A stretch of 47,531 nucleotides of DNA from Streptosporangiaceae bacterium (GTDB lineage: Bacteria > Actinomycetota > Actinomycetes > Streptosporangiales > Streptosporangiaceae), in contig DASQVO010000066.1 of the NCBI GenBank assembly GCA_035640715.1, forward strand, positions 1 to 47,531. The letters run 5' to 3'. How positions within the stretch are numbered: position 1 is the first letter of the stretch; every line of letters begins with the position of its first letter. Positions 36,764-47,531 of the stretch are shown piece after piece. The notes beneath the pieces were generated by a model. That model had not been told where the DNA came from. It was given only the letters and a program-made list of their open reading frames with translations, and ran no database searches. A program made the position numbers and the translations under genes.

Positions 36764-38182
36764 TCAGCTGGCCTGGCTGACCGAGGACATGTTGAAGCCC
36801 TCAATCCGCACGGGCGGCATCGCGACGCGGCTGAAATAGTCGCCCCACTCGCGAGGGAGCGTCGGTACGCTCGCCCCGACCTCGGCGAGCCTGCCCAGCA
36901 TGCCAACCGGGCTCTCGTTGAACCGGAAGTTATTCACTGCGCCCGTGACCTCGCCGTTTTCCACGAGGTAGACCCCATCCCTGGTCAGCCCGGTCAGCAG
37001 CAGCGTCTGCGGGTCGACCTCGCGGATGTACCACAGGCAGGTGAGGAGCAACCCGCGCTCGGTGCGGGCGATCATATCGGCGAGCCCAGGAGGGTCCGGT
37101 TGGTCCGTTTCGAAAACGAGGTTGTCGATGGCGGGAGTCACCGGCAGGCCGGACAACCGGGCCGAATACCGGGTCTGCGTGAGCGCGGCCAGCTCACCGC
37201 GGCGAATCCAGTCCGTCGGCCCCAGCGGCAGCCCGTTGTCGAACACCGACGAGTCCCTGCTCGATGCGTGCGCGATCACGAACGGCGCACAGGCGAGCCC
37301 GCGTGTGGCGGGATCGCTGCGCAGCGTCACGGGCTGGCTGGTGAGCCGTTCCCCGACCCTGGTGCCGCCGCCGGGTTTGCTGAAGACGGTCCGGCCATCG
37401 ATCGCGTCCTTCGCGCCGGCCGACCAGTACAGGTAGGTGAGCAGGTCGGAGGTGGCCGTCGGCGGCAGCAGCGTCTCATACCGCCCAGCCGGCAGGTCGA
37501 TGCGCCGGCGGGCCCACTCCAGCCGCTCGGCCAGCCCCGCGTCGAGCGCCGCCACGTCGACGTCGGCGAAGTCACGGGTCGCCTCGCCCGCCCACGCGGA
37601 CCGGCTGAGGTCGGCCGATTTGGCGTTGAGCTCCACCTTCCCCGATGGCTGGTCATGCCGCAGCCGCAGGCCGGTCGAGCTGCCCAGGAAGGTGCTGGTC
37701 AGCTCGTGTTCGGCGTAGCCGTACAGCTTCCGCCCGGCCGAACCGGCGGCCCGGAGCGTGTCACCAAGCTGGGCGGAAAAGCCTTGCAGCACGCCGATGC
37801 CAGTACTGACCGCCGGATCGTCCCAGCTCGGCTGTCCCGGAGCGGCCATACCAAACGGGGCCGTGGTGTCAGCCCCGATCAGCCCATCGGCATCTTCGGC
37901 CGGTGATCCCTCCGCCGCCTCTTTCTCCGCGGCGCGGACCACGTCCTCCACCTGATCATCCCGGATGCCGGATCTGGAGACCACGCCGGTAGCCGCGCCG
38001 TCGGACCGGCGGTCGATGGCGATGACGGTGAGACGGCGGGACCGGGCGACGCCGTTCGTGGTCAGCGTGTTGCCGGCCCACCGAAGGTTGGCCGTGGAGG
38101 TCTCGTCCGCGATCACGACGCAGCCGTCGCACCTCGCGGCGCTGAGCGCGTGCTCGACGATGTCCTGCGGTCGCTCGCTCAT
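36764..38182 (-). CDS. pmbA: TldE/PmbA-type metallopeptidase partner (TldD-related, lacks HExxxH)
   Basis: 472 aa of TldD/PmbA family architecture. Immediately downstream of tldD. Confidence 0.8.
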   Translation of the reverse strand: MSERPQDIVEHALSAARCDGCVVIADETSTANLRWAGNTLTTNGVARSRRLTVIAIDRRSDGAATGVVSRSGIRDDQVEDVVRAAEKEAAEGSPAEDADGLIGADTTAPFGMAAPGQPSWDDPAVSTGIGVLQGFSAQLGDTLRAAGSAGRKLYGYAEHELTSTFLGSSTGLRLRHDQPSGKVELNAKSADLSRSAWAGEATRDFADVDVAALDAGLAERLEWARRRIDLPAGRYETLLPPTATSDLLTYLYWSAGAKDAIDGRTVFSKPGGGTRVGERLTSQPVTLRSDPATRGLACAPFVIAHASSRDSSVFDNGLPLGPTDWIRRGELAALTQTRYSARLSGLPVTPAIDNLVFETDQPDPPGLADMIARTERGLLLTCLWYIREVDPQTLLLTGLTRDGVYLVENGEVTGAVNNFRFNESPVGMLGRLAEVGASVPTLPREWGDYFSRVAMPPVRIEGFNMSSVSQAS

Positions 38183-38285
38183 GCGGTGTCTCCCGCTCGC
38201 CTCCGGGGCGCTTTGAGGCGCCGCCTTCCCTCGCCGCTCGTACCTCGCTCCTCAGTCCAGGCGGCACCGCGCCCCTGCGGCTCGC

Positions 38286-38290
<5 letters not shown>
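38174..38290 (-). repeat. Stop/start-junction mini-ORF hairpin element, copy B, between tldD and pmbA
   Basis: On the minus strand: ATG (overlapping the tldD TGA), then 36 codons MSEPQGRGAAWTEERGTSGEGRRRLKAPRRRAGDTA, then TGA overlapping the pmbA ATG. Interrupted 16-bp stem between 38260-38275 and 38205-38225. Confidence 0.7.
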
Positions 38291-40632
<2,342 letters not shown>

Positions 40633-40684
40633 GCGCCGCCGCGGCCCCCCTTTTTCTGAAGAAGACACGACCTGAGGGAGCGTC

Positions 40685-41449
40685 ATGGGAATCCTGGCAG
40701 GGAAACGCATCCTGGTGACCGGCGTGCTCACCGACTCCTCGATTGCGTTCCATGTGGCACGGGTGGCGCAGCAGGAGGGCGCGACCATCGTGCTGACCGG
40801 GTATGGACGGATGAGCCTGGTGGAGCGGATCGCCAAGCGCCTGCCCGACCCGCCTCCCGTCCTCGAGCTCGACGTGACCGACCCCGGCCACCTCGCTTCG
40901 CTGGCGGAGCGGGTATCCGGGCACGTCGACCAGCTGGATGGCGTGCTGCACGCGGTCGCGTTCGCGCCGCAGGAGGCAATGGGCGGCAACTTCCTCAATA
41001 CCGCCTGGGATGACGTATCCACGGCGGTCCATGTCTCGACGTTCTCACTGAAGTCCCTGGCGATGGCCACGCTGCCGCTGATGACCGGGGGCGGTTCCAT
41101 CGTGGGCCTCGACTTCGACGCCAGCGTCGCCTGGCCGGGCTATGACTGGATGGGAGTGGCCAAGGCCGGCCTGGAATCATGCGCCCGGTACCTGGCCCGG
41201 GATCTCGGTGGCAAGGGCATCCGGGTGAACCTGGTCTCGGCGGGACCGCTGCGCACGATGGCGGCCAAGAGCATCCCCGGCTTTGAGCGGTTCGATGGCC
41301 TGTGGGGCGAACGGGCGCCACTCGGCTGGAACATCGCCGATCCGGAGCCCGCAGCCCGCGCCTGCGTGGCTCTCCTGTCCGACTGGTTTCCCGCGACCAC
41401 TGGCGAGATCGTCCACGTCGACGGCGGCGCTCACGCCGTCGGCGCGTGA
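40685..41449 (+). CDS. inhA: NADH-dependent enoyl-ACP reductase, InhA type
   Basis: GKRILVTGVLTDSSIAFHVARVAQQEGA...YDWMGVAKAGLE (Tyr/Lys catalytic pair spacing as in InhA). Confidence 0.9.
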   Translation: MGILAGKRILVTGVLTDSSIAFHVARVAQQEGATIVLTGYGRMSLVERIAKRLPDPPPVLELDVTDPGHLASLAERVSGHVDQLDGVLHAVAFAPQEAMGGNFLNTAWDDVSTAVHVSTFSLKSLAMATLPLMTGGGSIVGLDFDASVAWPGYDWMGVAKAGLESCARYLARDLGGKGIRVNLVSAGPLRTMAAKSIPGFERFDGLWGERAPLGWNIADPEPAARACVALLSDWFPATTGEIVHVDGGAHAVGA

Positions 41450-41466
41450 CGGCGGCCATGGCATCC

Positions 41467-41484
41467 GGCGTCCGCAAGGACGCC
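41467..41484 (+). terminator. GC hairpin downstream of inhA; possible terminator, but with no U-tract
   Basis: GGCGTCC-GCAA-GGACGCC, 18 nt after the inhA stop. Confidence 0.3.
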
Positions 41485-41574
41485 AACGGACTCCCTCGAG
41501 ATTCCTGCCAGTCCTCACACGGCGGTCGTGGCCGCCGGGTGTGTCACCAGGGGGATCACCCGGGCGTCCGTCTA

Positions 41575-42303
41575 TCACCAGGGCACCACCCCGGCGTCCT
41601 CGAAGAACCCGCCGGTCGGGCCGTCGTCGGGCAGCGTCGCGAGCCGGATCGCGATCGCCGCCCCCTGCTGCGGGGTGCGGACGCCGCGGAAGCCGTTGAG
41701 GTCGGTCGCGCAGAAGCCGGGGCAGGCGGCGTTGATCAGGATGTTTGTGTCGCGCAGCTCCTTGGCGTACTGCACGGTGACGGCGTTGAGGAACGTCTTC
41801 GACGGCGCGTACGCGGCGGAAATCGGGCCCGTCTCAGTGCCGGGAGTGGTCTGCAGGGTGAGTGAGCCGACCCTGCTGGACATGTTCACGATCCGCGGCG
41901 ACGCCGAGCGGCGCAGCAGCGGCAGCATGGCATTGGTGACGCGGATGACGCCGATCACGTTGGTCTCCACGGCCGTCCGCACGGCCGCGGGGTCAACCGT
42001 GGTAGGCATCTGTCCCATGCCGCCGGTCACCCCGGCGTTGTTGACGAGAACGTCGAGGCGGCCGGCGCGCTCTTCGATCAGCCCGGCGGCGGCGGCGGTC
42101 ACGCTCGCGTCGTCGGTCACGTCGAGCGGCACGCCGAACGCGTCGATGCCGGCTGTGCGCAGCTTCTGCACGGCGGCTTCCCGGCGCTCCTCGTCCCGGG
42201 CGCCGACGCCGACGCTCCAGCCGAGGGCGCCCAGGCCGGCCGCGATCTCGTACCCGATCCCCTTGTTAGCGCCGGTGACCAGCGCGATCGTCTGTCCGCT
42301 CAT
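41575..42303 (-). CDS. Classical SDR oxidoreductase (carbonyl-reductase-like)
   Basis: ALVTGANKGIGYEIA glycine motif, NNAG, YAPSK. I chose ATG at 42303 over the ORF start at 42450. Confidence 0.85.
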   Translation of the reverse strand: MSGQTIALVTGANKGIGYEIAAGLGALGWSVGVGARDEERREAAVQKLRTAGIDAFGVPLDVTDDASVTAAAAGLIEERAGRLDVLVNNAGVTGGMGQMPTTVDPAAVRTAVETNVIGVIRVTNAMLPLLRRSASPRIVNMSSRVGSLTLQTTPGTETGPISAAYAPSKTFLNAVTVQYAKELRDTNILINAACPGFCATDLNGFRGVRTPQQGAAIAIRLATLPDDGPTGGFFEDAGVVPW

Positions 42304-42440
42304 GCAGTCAATCCTGTCCGCGCCGCGGCTGGGGCGTCCAACACCGCCTGGGTGGGCACCGATACCTCCCGGGTATCGGTGCAGGGTCGCTGGCTTCAGG
42401 GAGCGCGGCACAGGCCATCTCGCCGGTTTACCCTGGCGGC

Positions 42441-43289
42441 ATGGAGACACGGGAGCTGCGGTACTTCGTCGCCGTCGCCGAGGAGTTGCACTTCGGGCGG
42501 GCCGCGCAGCGGCTCGGGATCGCGCAGCCGCCGCTGTCGCGGGCGATCCAGCAGCTCGAACGGCGGCTCGGGGTGACGCTGCTTGACCGCACCGGCCGTA
42601 CCGTCACGCTGACCGAGGCCGGGTCGGTGCTGCTGGTCGAGGGCCGGGCGGCTCTCGACGCGGTCGACGCCGCCGACCGCCGTACGCGCCGCGCCGCCCT
42701 CGCCGCGGCCGGCCACCCCGGCCTGGTCCTCGTCACGAAGGCCGGAGCATCCAGCGAACTGCTGTCGAAGCTGCTCGACGCCTACGCCGCCGAACCCGGC
42801 GCGGTCACCGTCGACGTGCTCCTGTGCGGGCCCGGCGAGCAGGAGCGCCTGCTGCGCGACGGGCGGGCCGACGTCGCGCTGCTGCACCGGCCATTCGACT
42901 CGACGGCCGGATTCGACACCGAGGAGCTGTGTGCAGAGGAGCAGGTCCTGGTCCTGCCTGCCGGGCACCCCCTCACTGGCCGGGCCGGCCTGCGGATGGT
43001 CGACGTCACCGCGCTGCCCAGGCTGCCGATGCCGCGCTGGCCCCGCCCCGACGGCACGTACCCGGACGGCCCCGGTCCGCAGGTCCGGGACAATGCGCAG
43101 TTGCAACAGCTGATCGCGCTCGGCCGGGCCTCGGCGGTCCTGCCGGAGTCGTGCCGGGTCCATCTGCGCCGCGACCTCGCCACCGTGCCAGTGCTGGACG
43201 CGCCGACGGTGACGACGGTGATCGCGTGGCCGCCGCACAGCCGGTCCCGGGCCCTCGCCGGGCTGGTCCGGGCCGCGACCCGCCTCTAG
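42441..43289 (+). CDS. LysR family transcriptional regulator, divergent from the SDR gene
   Basis: METRELRYFVAVAEELHFGRAAQRLGIAQPPLSRAIQQLE is the canonical LysR HTH. Confidence 0.9.
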   Translation: METRELRYFVAVAEELHFGRAAQRLGIAQPPLSRAIQQLERRLGVTLLDRTGRTVTLTEAGSVLLVEGRAALDAVDAADRRTRRAALAAAGHPGLVLVTKAGASSELLSKLLDAYAAEPGAVTVDVLLCGPGEQERLLRDGRADVALLHRPFDSTAGFDTEELCAEEQVLVLPAGHPLTGRAGLRMVDVTALPRLPMPRWPRPDGTYPDGPGPQVRDNAQLQQLIALGRASAVLPESCRVHLRRDLATVPVLDAPTVTTVIAWPPHSRSRALAGLVRAATRL

Positions 43290-43533
43290 CACTTCGGGTG
43301 GCCGCTACATGCGTCGCGGTCGCGGCGGCAGGAGCTTTGACGGCAGCAGCCCCCGAAATTAAACAGAGCACACGGCAGGACAGGCGACCTGATCCCAGCG
43401 TTCAGGCAGGTCAGCAGCCTATCCAGGGGCACGGTCACCGCACTTGGGCGCACCTGTGCGCGGCCCGCCGCTCCCATCTCGCTCCCAGAATCGGACAGCA
43501 GTTGCGGCGTGCTCAAAGGCTGCGTGGCCGGTG

Positions 43534-43749
43534 CTATCTCTTCTCTGATGCAGAGTGATCCGTGAAACGGCGTCTTTGCCTGCGCAGGTGCCAGTGGGCC
43601 ACGATCATCGCGATTACCAGGCCACTGGCCAGCAGTGCCAGCAAAGTGGCGCTGATCCACATCGGCGATAGCACCCACCACCACGACCAGGTGATGACGC
43701 CGGTTAGCTTGAGCACGATGAGCGCGATCCCCGCGATCGAAAGCAGCAT
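43534..43749 (-). CDS. Small two-TM membrane protein
   Basis: MLLSIAGIALIVLKLTGVITWSWWWVLSPMWISATLLALLASGLVIAMIVAHW. The start choice is uncertain. Confidence 0.4.
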   Translation of the reverse strand: MLLSIAGIALIVLKLTGVITWSWWWVLSPMWISATLLALLASGLVIAMIVAHWHLRRQRRRFTDHSASEKR

Positions 43750-44033
43750 GTCCCGGACGGACTCCAAGCGGCGCGCAGGGGGCCGCGGTCGTTCTACCCG
43801 GATGCTGGGCACCCCGCAAGCGTAACGACGTAGTCGGGAACTGCGCCACGGCGCAATATTCATCGGTCTCTTGGCCTAGCGCGCCGCGTCGGCTCGGCGC
43901 CGCGCAGCGGCGCCGCTTGATCTCAGTACTGCTCAATCCGGCAGTGACCATCGGGCTATCTGGGGAGACTGCTGCCGTGGACGGTAACGTTTGCAATTGA
44001 AAGCTTAAGTGGGTCGGCTGCGAGAATCACCAG

Positions 44034-44615
44034 ATGGTACCTGAGAGCATTCATGACTTCTTCATAGCGAGCGGCGGCGTGGCCGGGGCGCTGATCGGGC
44101 TGCTGTTCGTGGCCATCTCGGTTTCCTCTGAGCGGCTCGCCCGCGCCGAGGCCGGGGCGCAGCTGCACCGCATCCGCGCCTCGGCCGCGCTGACGGCGTT
44201 CATCAACGCCCTGGCCGTGTCGCTGTTCGCGCTGGTCCCCGGACACAAGATCGGGCCGGCCGCTGTGGTCGTGGCAGCCGGTGGGCTCACGTTCGTGATG
44301 GCGTCGCTGCTGTCGCTGATCCGCCTGCGCCAGGTGCGGTGGGGCACGATGCGTGATGCCCTGTTCCTGCTCGGGCTGGCAGTAACCTTCGTAATCCAGC
44401 TGATCGAGGGAGCAGACGTGATCGCCCAGCCGGGCAACTCCGGCGCCGTGAACACCATCGCGATCCTGGTGGTCGTCTGCTTCCTGATCGGGATCGCCCG
44501 GGCATGGGAACTGATCGGCGGACCCTCGATCGGTATCACGCAAGAGGTCACCGCAATGGTCAGGAGTCACGAGCACGGCACGGATAACCCCACGGACAGC
44601 GAGCCGGTGCCCTAG
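44034..44615 (+). CDS. Hypothetical integral membrane protein
   Basis: 193 aa with about five hydrophobic spans. No family recognised. Confidence 0.5.
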   Translation: MVPESIHDFFIASGGVAGALIGLLFVAISVSSERLARAEAGAQLHRIRASAALTAFINALAVSLFALVPGHKIGPAAVVVAAGGLTFVMASLLSLIRLRQVRWGTMRDALFLLGLAVTFVIQLIEGADVIAQPGNSGAVNTIAILVVVCFLIGIARAWELIGGPSIGITQEVTAMVRSHEHGTDNPTDSEPVP

Positions 44616-44649
44616 CCCGAGTTTCCGATGATCATGGTTTCCTGAGGTC

Positions 44650-45077
44650 GACCCGGCTGCGGGGTTGAAGGCGCCGATCGCGCAGCGCGGCAAGGCCAAG
44701 CAGAAGCGGGCCGGCTTGCGGCTGGTGGGGCTGGGGCTGGTGGTGACCCGGGACGGTGGGATCCCGCTGACCTGGCACGCTTATCCCGGTGACCGCCCGG
44801 ACCTCACCCAGTTCCCGCACATGATCGGCCAGCTTGTCACCCAGTACGAGGCGGTCTGTAACGCGGCCGGGATCCCCGCAAGCGCGCCGGATATGACGGT
44901 GGTCTTCGACGCCGGGCAGAACTCGGCGGACAACTTCGCCCACCTGGCCAGGACCGGGCTGCACTACATCGGGTCAGTGCCGGCCAGCGACTGCCCGGAC
45001 CTGACCAGCCTGCCCGCCAGCGTGCGCCAGGTCGTGGACCGGCAGCGCTTCGGCGGCCTGACCGCGTTCGGCACCCG
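44650..45077 (+). pseudogene. Internal fragment of an IS1634 (IS4-like) family DDE transposase
   Basis: ...KRAGLRLVGLGLVVTRDGGIPLTWHAYPGDRPDLTQF...VVFDAGQNSADNF...GLHYIGSVP is typical of IS1634 transposases. N- and C-terminal parts are missing. Confidence 0.65.
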
Positions 45078-45179
45078 CCGGGAGACCAGGATCAGCTCGG
45101 TGGCCGACACCCGCTCGAGCAGCGCCCCTACCACGAGCCGACCGAGGCGGCCCGATGCTCCGGTGACCATCACGCTCAC
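45078..45179 (-). pseudogene. N-terminal stub (about 33 codons) of an NmrA/SDR-type NAD(P)-binding protein, truncated at the IS1634 fragment
   Basis: The minus strand reads VSVMVTGASGRLGRLVVGALLERVSATELILVSRR, then runs into the antisense of the transposase fragment. The junction is uncertain by about 15 nt. Confidence 0.45.
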
Positions 45180-45277
45180 AAGAACCTCCGCATCCAGGAC
45201 TCAAAACCGATGGACCGTGTGAGTGTAGGCGCCAGCGGTCGCGACCTCCCGCAGCAGGCGGAGCCCAAGATGTCGGT

Positions 45278-45710
45278 TGAATCCGGCCCGTTACGGATCG
45301 TGTCTCGCTGTTGTTGGCCCAGGGGCGGGATCACTGACGACGGGCGGGGCGATGGCTGTCGCTGCGGTGGAGCTTGGGCGGGGTGCCGATCTCCGGTTCT
45401 TCATGGAGTTCCGGGAGGCTGACAGCGGGATCTCCCGGCCGTGCTGGAAGCGGCGGATGATCGTGTGTGGCCGTCCGCCATGACGACAATCACCCCGGGG
45501 CGTGCCGCGGAAGCTCCGGAACCGGGCGTCTTCCAGGGCCGGGGGGAGGCCCTTGAGCGTATAGGCGGAGACCTTCGCGACTTCGCCCGGCCCGCCCGTC
45601 GGCGTCCCGCACGACGTGGGCCTTGCCGACCGCGTCCATGGTGCGCGCCCTCCCGCAATGGGCACCCGTCCCAGGAATCACGGCAACAGCCACGCCCGGC
45701 GCTCCGTGCG
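45278..45710 (-). mobile_element. Degraded 3' portion of an IS3-family element (OrfB C-terminus with frameshifts, plus the terminal inverted repeat)
   Basis: The minus-strand frames contain rve C-terminal-like strings (...GEVAKVSAYTLK..., compare DNAxAESFFATLK, and ...RRFQHGREIPLS / SLPELHEE, compare RRHSALGYLSPxEFE) split over different frames. The terminal 44 nt, TGAATCCGGCCC...TTGGCCCA, are repeated at 47488-47531. Confidence 0.5.
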
Positions 45711-45765
45711 GGTGCGGCCTCGTTATCGGGCCGCACCGCCCACGGGCGCCTCGGCGTCCACGCCG

Positions 45766-46653
45766 TTACCCGGCGAGGCTGGCGATGTCCTCCGGTGTGA
45801 GCTGGACGCTGGCCGCGCCGACGTTCTCCTCCAGGTGGGCGAGGCTGCCGGTGCCGGGGATGGGGAGCATCATCGGGGAGGCTGCCAGCAGCGCGGCGAG
45901 CGCGACCTGCTGGACGGTCGCCCCGTGCCGGGCGGCGGTCTTCTCAAGCCGGGTCGTGTCGATCGGGTCGAGGCCGCCGCCAAGCGGGAAGAACGGTACG
46001 AACGCGGTGCCGGACCGGGTGCATTCCGCCAGCAGCGCGGCGTCCGCGGTGGCGTGCACGTGGAACGCGTTCTGCACGGCGGCGACCGGGGCGATCGCGC
46101 GGGCCTCGGCGAGCTGCGCGGCGTCGACGTTGCTGACGCCCAGATGCCGGATCAGGCCCTCCTCGCGCAGCTTCGCCAGCGCGGCAAACCGCTCGGCGAT
46201 CGGCTCGCCGCCGGGCGGGTTCAGCGCGCCGACCCGCAGGTAGACCAGGTCGAGACGGTCGACGCCGAGCTCGCGGAGGTTATCCTCCACCAGGCCGCGT
46301 AGCTGGCCCGCGGTGGCCTGCAGGGCGGGGATGCCGTCCGGCCCGAGCATCGGGCCGACCTTGGTGGCGATCACCAGGCCGTCGGGATAGGGGGCCAGCG
46401 CCCGGCGGACCAGCTCGTTGGCGACGACGCCTCCACGCCGGTAGAAGCTCGCGGTGTCGATGTGGTTCACGCCTAGCTCGACGGCGCGGCGCAGCACCGC
46501 GATCCCGTCCTCCGGGTCGCGGACCGGGCCGGTGAAGGTCCCGGTAGGCAGCCGCATCGTGCCGAAGCCGAGCCGCGCGACGGGAAGGTCGCCACCGATC
46601 GCGAAGGTGCCGGAGGCGGCGGCGGGCTGGCTGGTGTTCGTTGTGCTCGTCAT
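45766..46653 (-). CDS. Aldo/keto reductase
   Basis: LGFGTMRL...AVELGVNHIDTASFY...ATKVGP...L.RLG.DRLDLVYLR...GLIRHLGVSN are AKR signature blocks. ATG at 46653. Confidence 0.85.
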   Translation of the reverse strand: MTSTTNTSQPAAASGTFAIGGDLPVARLGFGTMRLPTGTFTGPVRDPEDGIAVLRRAVELGVNHIDTASFYRRGGVVANELVRRALAPYPDGLVIATKVGPMLGPDGIPALQATAGQLRGLVEDNLRELGVDRLDLVYLRVGALNPPGGEPIAERFAALAKLREEGLIRHLGVSNVDAAQLAEARAIAPVAAVQNAFHVHATADAALLAECTRSGTAFVPFFPLGGGLDPIDTTRLEKTAARHGATVQQVALAALLAASPMMLPIPGTGSLAHLEENVGAASVQLTPEDIASLAG

Positions 46654-46745
46654 GCTCACAGCCTGCCCCGGCCCCGTGGCCGTGGCGAGGAGCTGGCAGG
46701 TTGCTGCCATTTGCCGGACCTGGAGACGGCAAGCATACTGAGCGC

Positions 46746-47411
46746 GTGGCTGATGGCCAGACCAGCACGGTGCGCGGCGATGCGGAGCTCATCGCCGGGG
46801 CGGGGCACCTGTTCGACGCGGTGCACGAGGAGTTCGCCTGCGCGGCCCGCGACCTTGCCACCTGGTCGCAGCCGGAGGCCCGGTCCGCGGTCGCCCGGCG
46901 GGTGCTTGCCCACGGCACGGACGGCTTCACGGTGCGCAAGCTGATGAGCCCGCTGGCGCTGGCCGACGAAGCGCAGCGCGCGCACCTGCGGCGGCTCGAC
47001 GCGGCGGGCTCGCAGGTGCGGATCAGTTCCGCGCCACTGCCGCACGAGACGATCATCCTGGACCGGCGGGTGGCGATCCTGGCCGGCCAGCCGTCGCCGC
47101 TCGGCCGCGAGTACACGGTGACGACGTCCCCGGTCCTGGTGGGCGGGGTCTACTCACTGTTCACCGCGGCCTGGGAGGCGGCCATCGACCTCGGCGCCTG
47201 CCTGCGCGGCGAGGTCCCCGAGCTCGCTCCCGAGGCCCGGGAGGTCCTGCGGGCGCTCGGCGCGGGTCTCACCGACGAGGCGGCCGCCCGGCGGCTGGGC
47301 ACCTCGCTGCGCACCTACCGGCGGCGGGTCGCCGAGCTGATGGCCGCGCTCGATGCCGGCTCCCGCTTCCAGGCCGGGGTGCGGGCCGGCGAGCTCGGCC
47401 TAGCCCACTGA
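46746..47411 (+). CDS. LuxR-family (C-terminal HTH) transcriptional regulator
   Basis: C-terminal EVLRALGAGLTDEAAARRLGTSLRTYRRRVAELMAALDAGSRFQAGVRAGELG is a LuxR/GerE HTH. The start is uncertain (GTG 46746; the ORF is open from 46641). Confidence 0.7.
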   Translation: MADGQTSTVRGDAELIAGAGHLFDAVHEEFACAARDLATWSQPEARSAVARRVLAHGTDGFTVRKLMSPLALADEAQRAHLRRLDAAGSQVRISSAPLPHETIILDRRVAILAGQPSPLGREYTVTTSPVLVGGVYSLFTAAWEAAIDLGACLRGEVPELAPEAREVLRALGAGLTDEAAARRLGTSLRTYRRRVAELMAALDAGSRFQAGVRAGELGLAH

Positions 47412-47487
47412 CGCGGCCACCCGGTCACCCCTGCGGACTCGTCTGACATTGCCCGGTGACACCGACGCGCGTGCCGACGGGCGGCAG

Positions 47488-47531
47488 TGAATCCGGCCCA
47501 TTACGGGCCGTGTCTCATTATTGTTGGCCCA
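47488..47531. repeat. Second copy of the IS3-type terminal repeat; the element presumably continues beyond the window
   Basis: TGAATCCGGCCCATTACGGGCCGTGTCTCATTATTGTTGGCCCA against 45278-45321: about 38 of 44 positions identical, same orientation. Confidence 0.5.

Noticed and set aside
45278-47531. A composite transposon carrying the aldo/keto reductase and LuxR genes
   Set aside because: The two IS3-type ends are the same end in direct orientation, and the left copy is a truncated remnant. No flanking target duplication is visible.

Overview
High-G+C actinobacterial chromosome segment. Its backbone is the distal half of the Pup-proteasome neighbourhood: pafA, pafB, pafC, tatA, tatC and helY. 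Further right are mabA/inhA-type FAS-II reductases, a tldD/pmbA pair, a PadR plus ABC-2 exporter unit, and several small housekeeping or accessory genes. The main feature is a roughly 16.5 kb block inserted between pafA (ends 4392) and pafB (starts 20951). It encodes a nucleotide-sugar dehydrogenase, a GT2 polyprenyl-phosphate-sugar-synthase-like enzyme and an extended-SDR epimerase/dehydratase. These are followed by five large polytopic membrane proteins in two related paralogous families (three of about 565-581 aa, plus two tandem copies of about 516-529 aa). The block also holds a relic of one more paralog, a double-FKBP lipoprotein, a sixth polytopic membrane protein, a small membrane protein and a DUF3866-like protein. 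I read this as an uncharacterised lipid-linked, extracytoplasmic glycosylation system that uses multiple GT-C-like transferases. That reading is inference, not a database hit. Several non-genic structures are visible directly in the sequence. A roughly 117-nt hairpin-forming element starts with ATG at ATGA stop/start junctions; two copies are present, and its 5' 30-mer also sits at the pafB/pafC junction. Inverted copies of a roughly 95-nt repeat bracket a GNAT gene, next to three hairpins that share an ACGGGGG loop motif. A roughly 75-nt hairpin repeat occurs twice inside the glyco block. There is a gene-conversion-like tract between the tandem paralogs. Mobile DNA includes one intact stand-alone TnpB, one truncated TnpB, and an IS1634/IS3 fragment graveyard at 44.6-45.7 kb. 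I found no rRNA, tRNA or CRISPR array. All family assignments rest on motifs read by eye; no searches were run.
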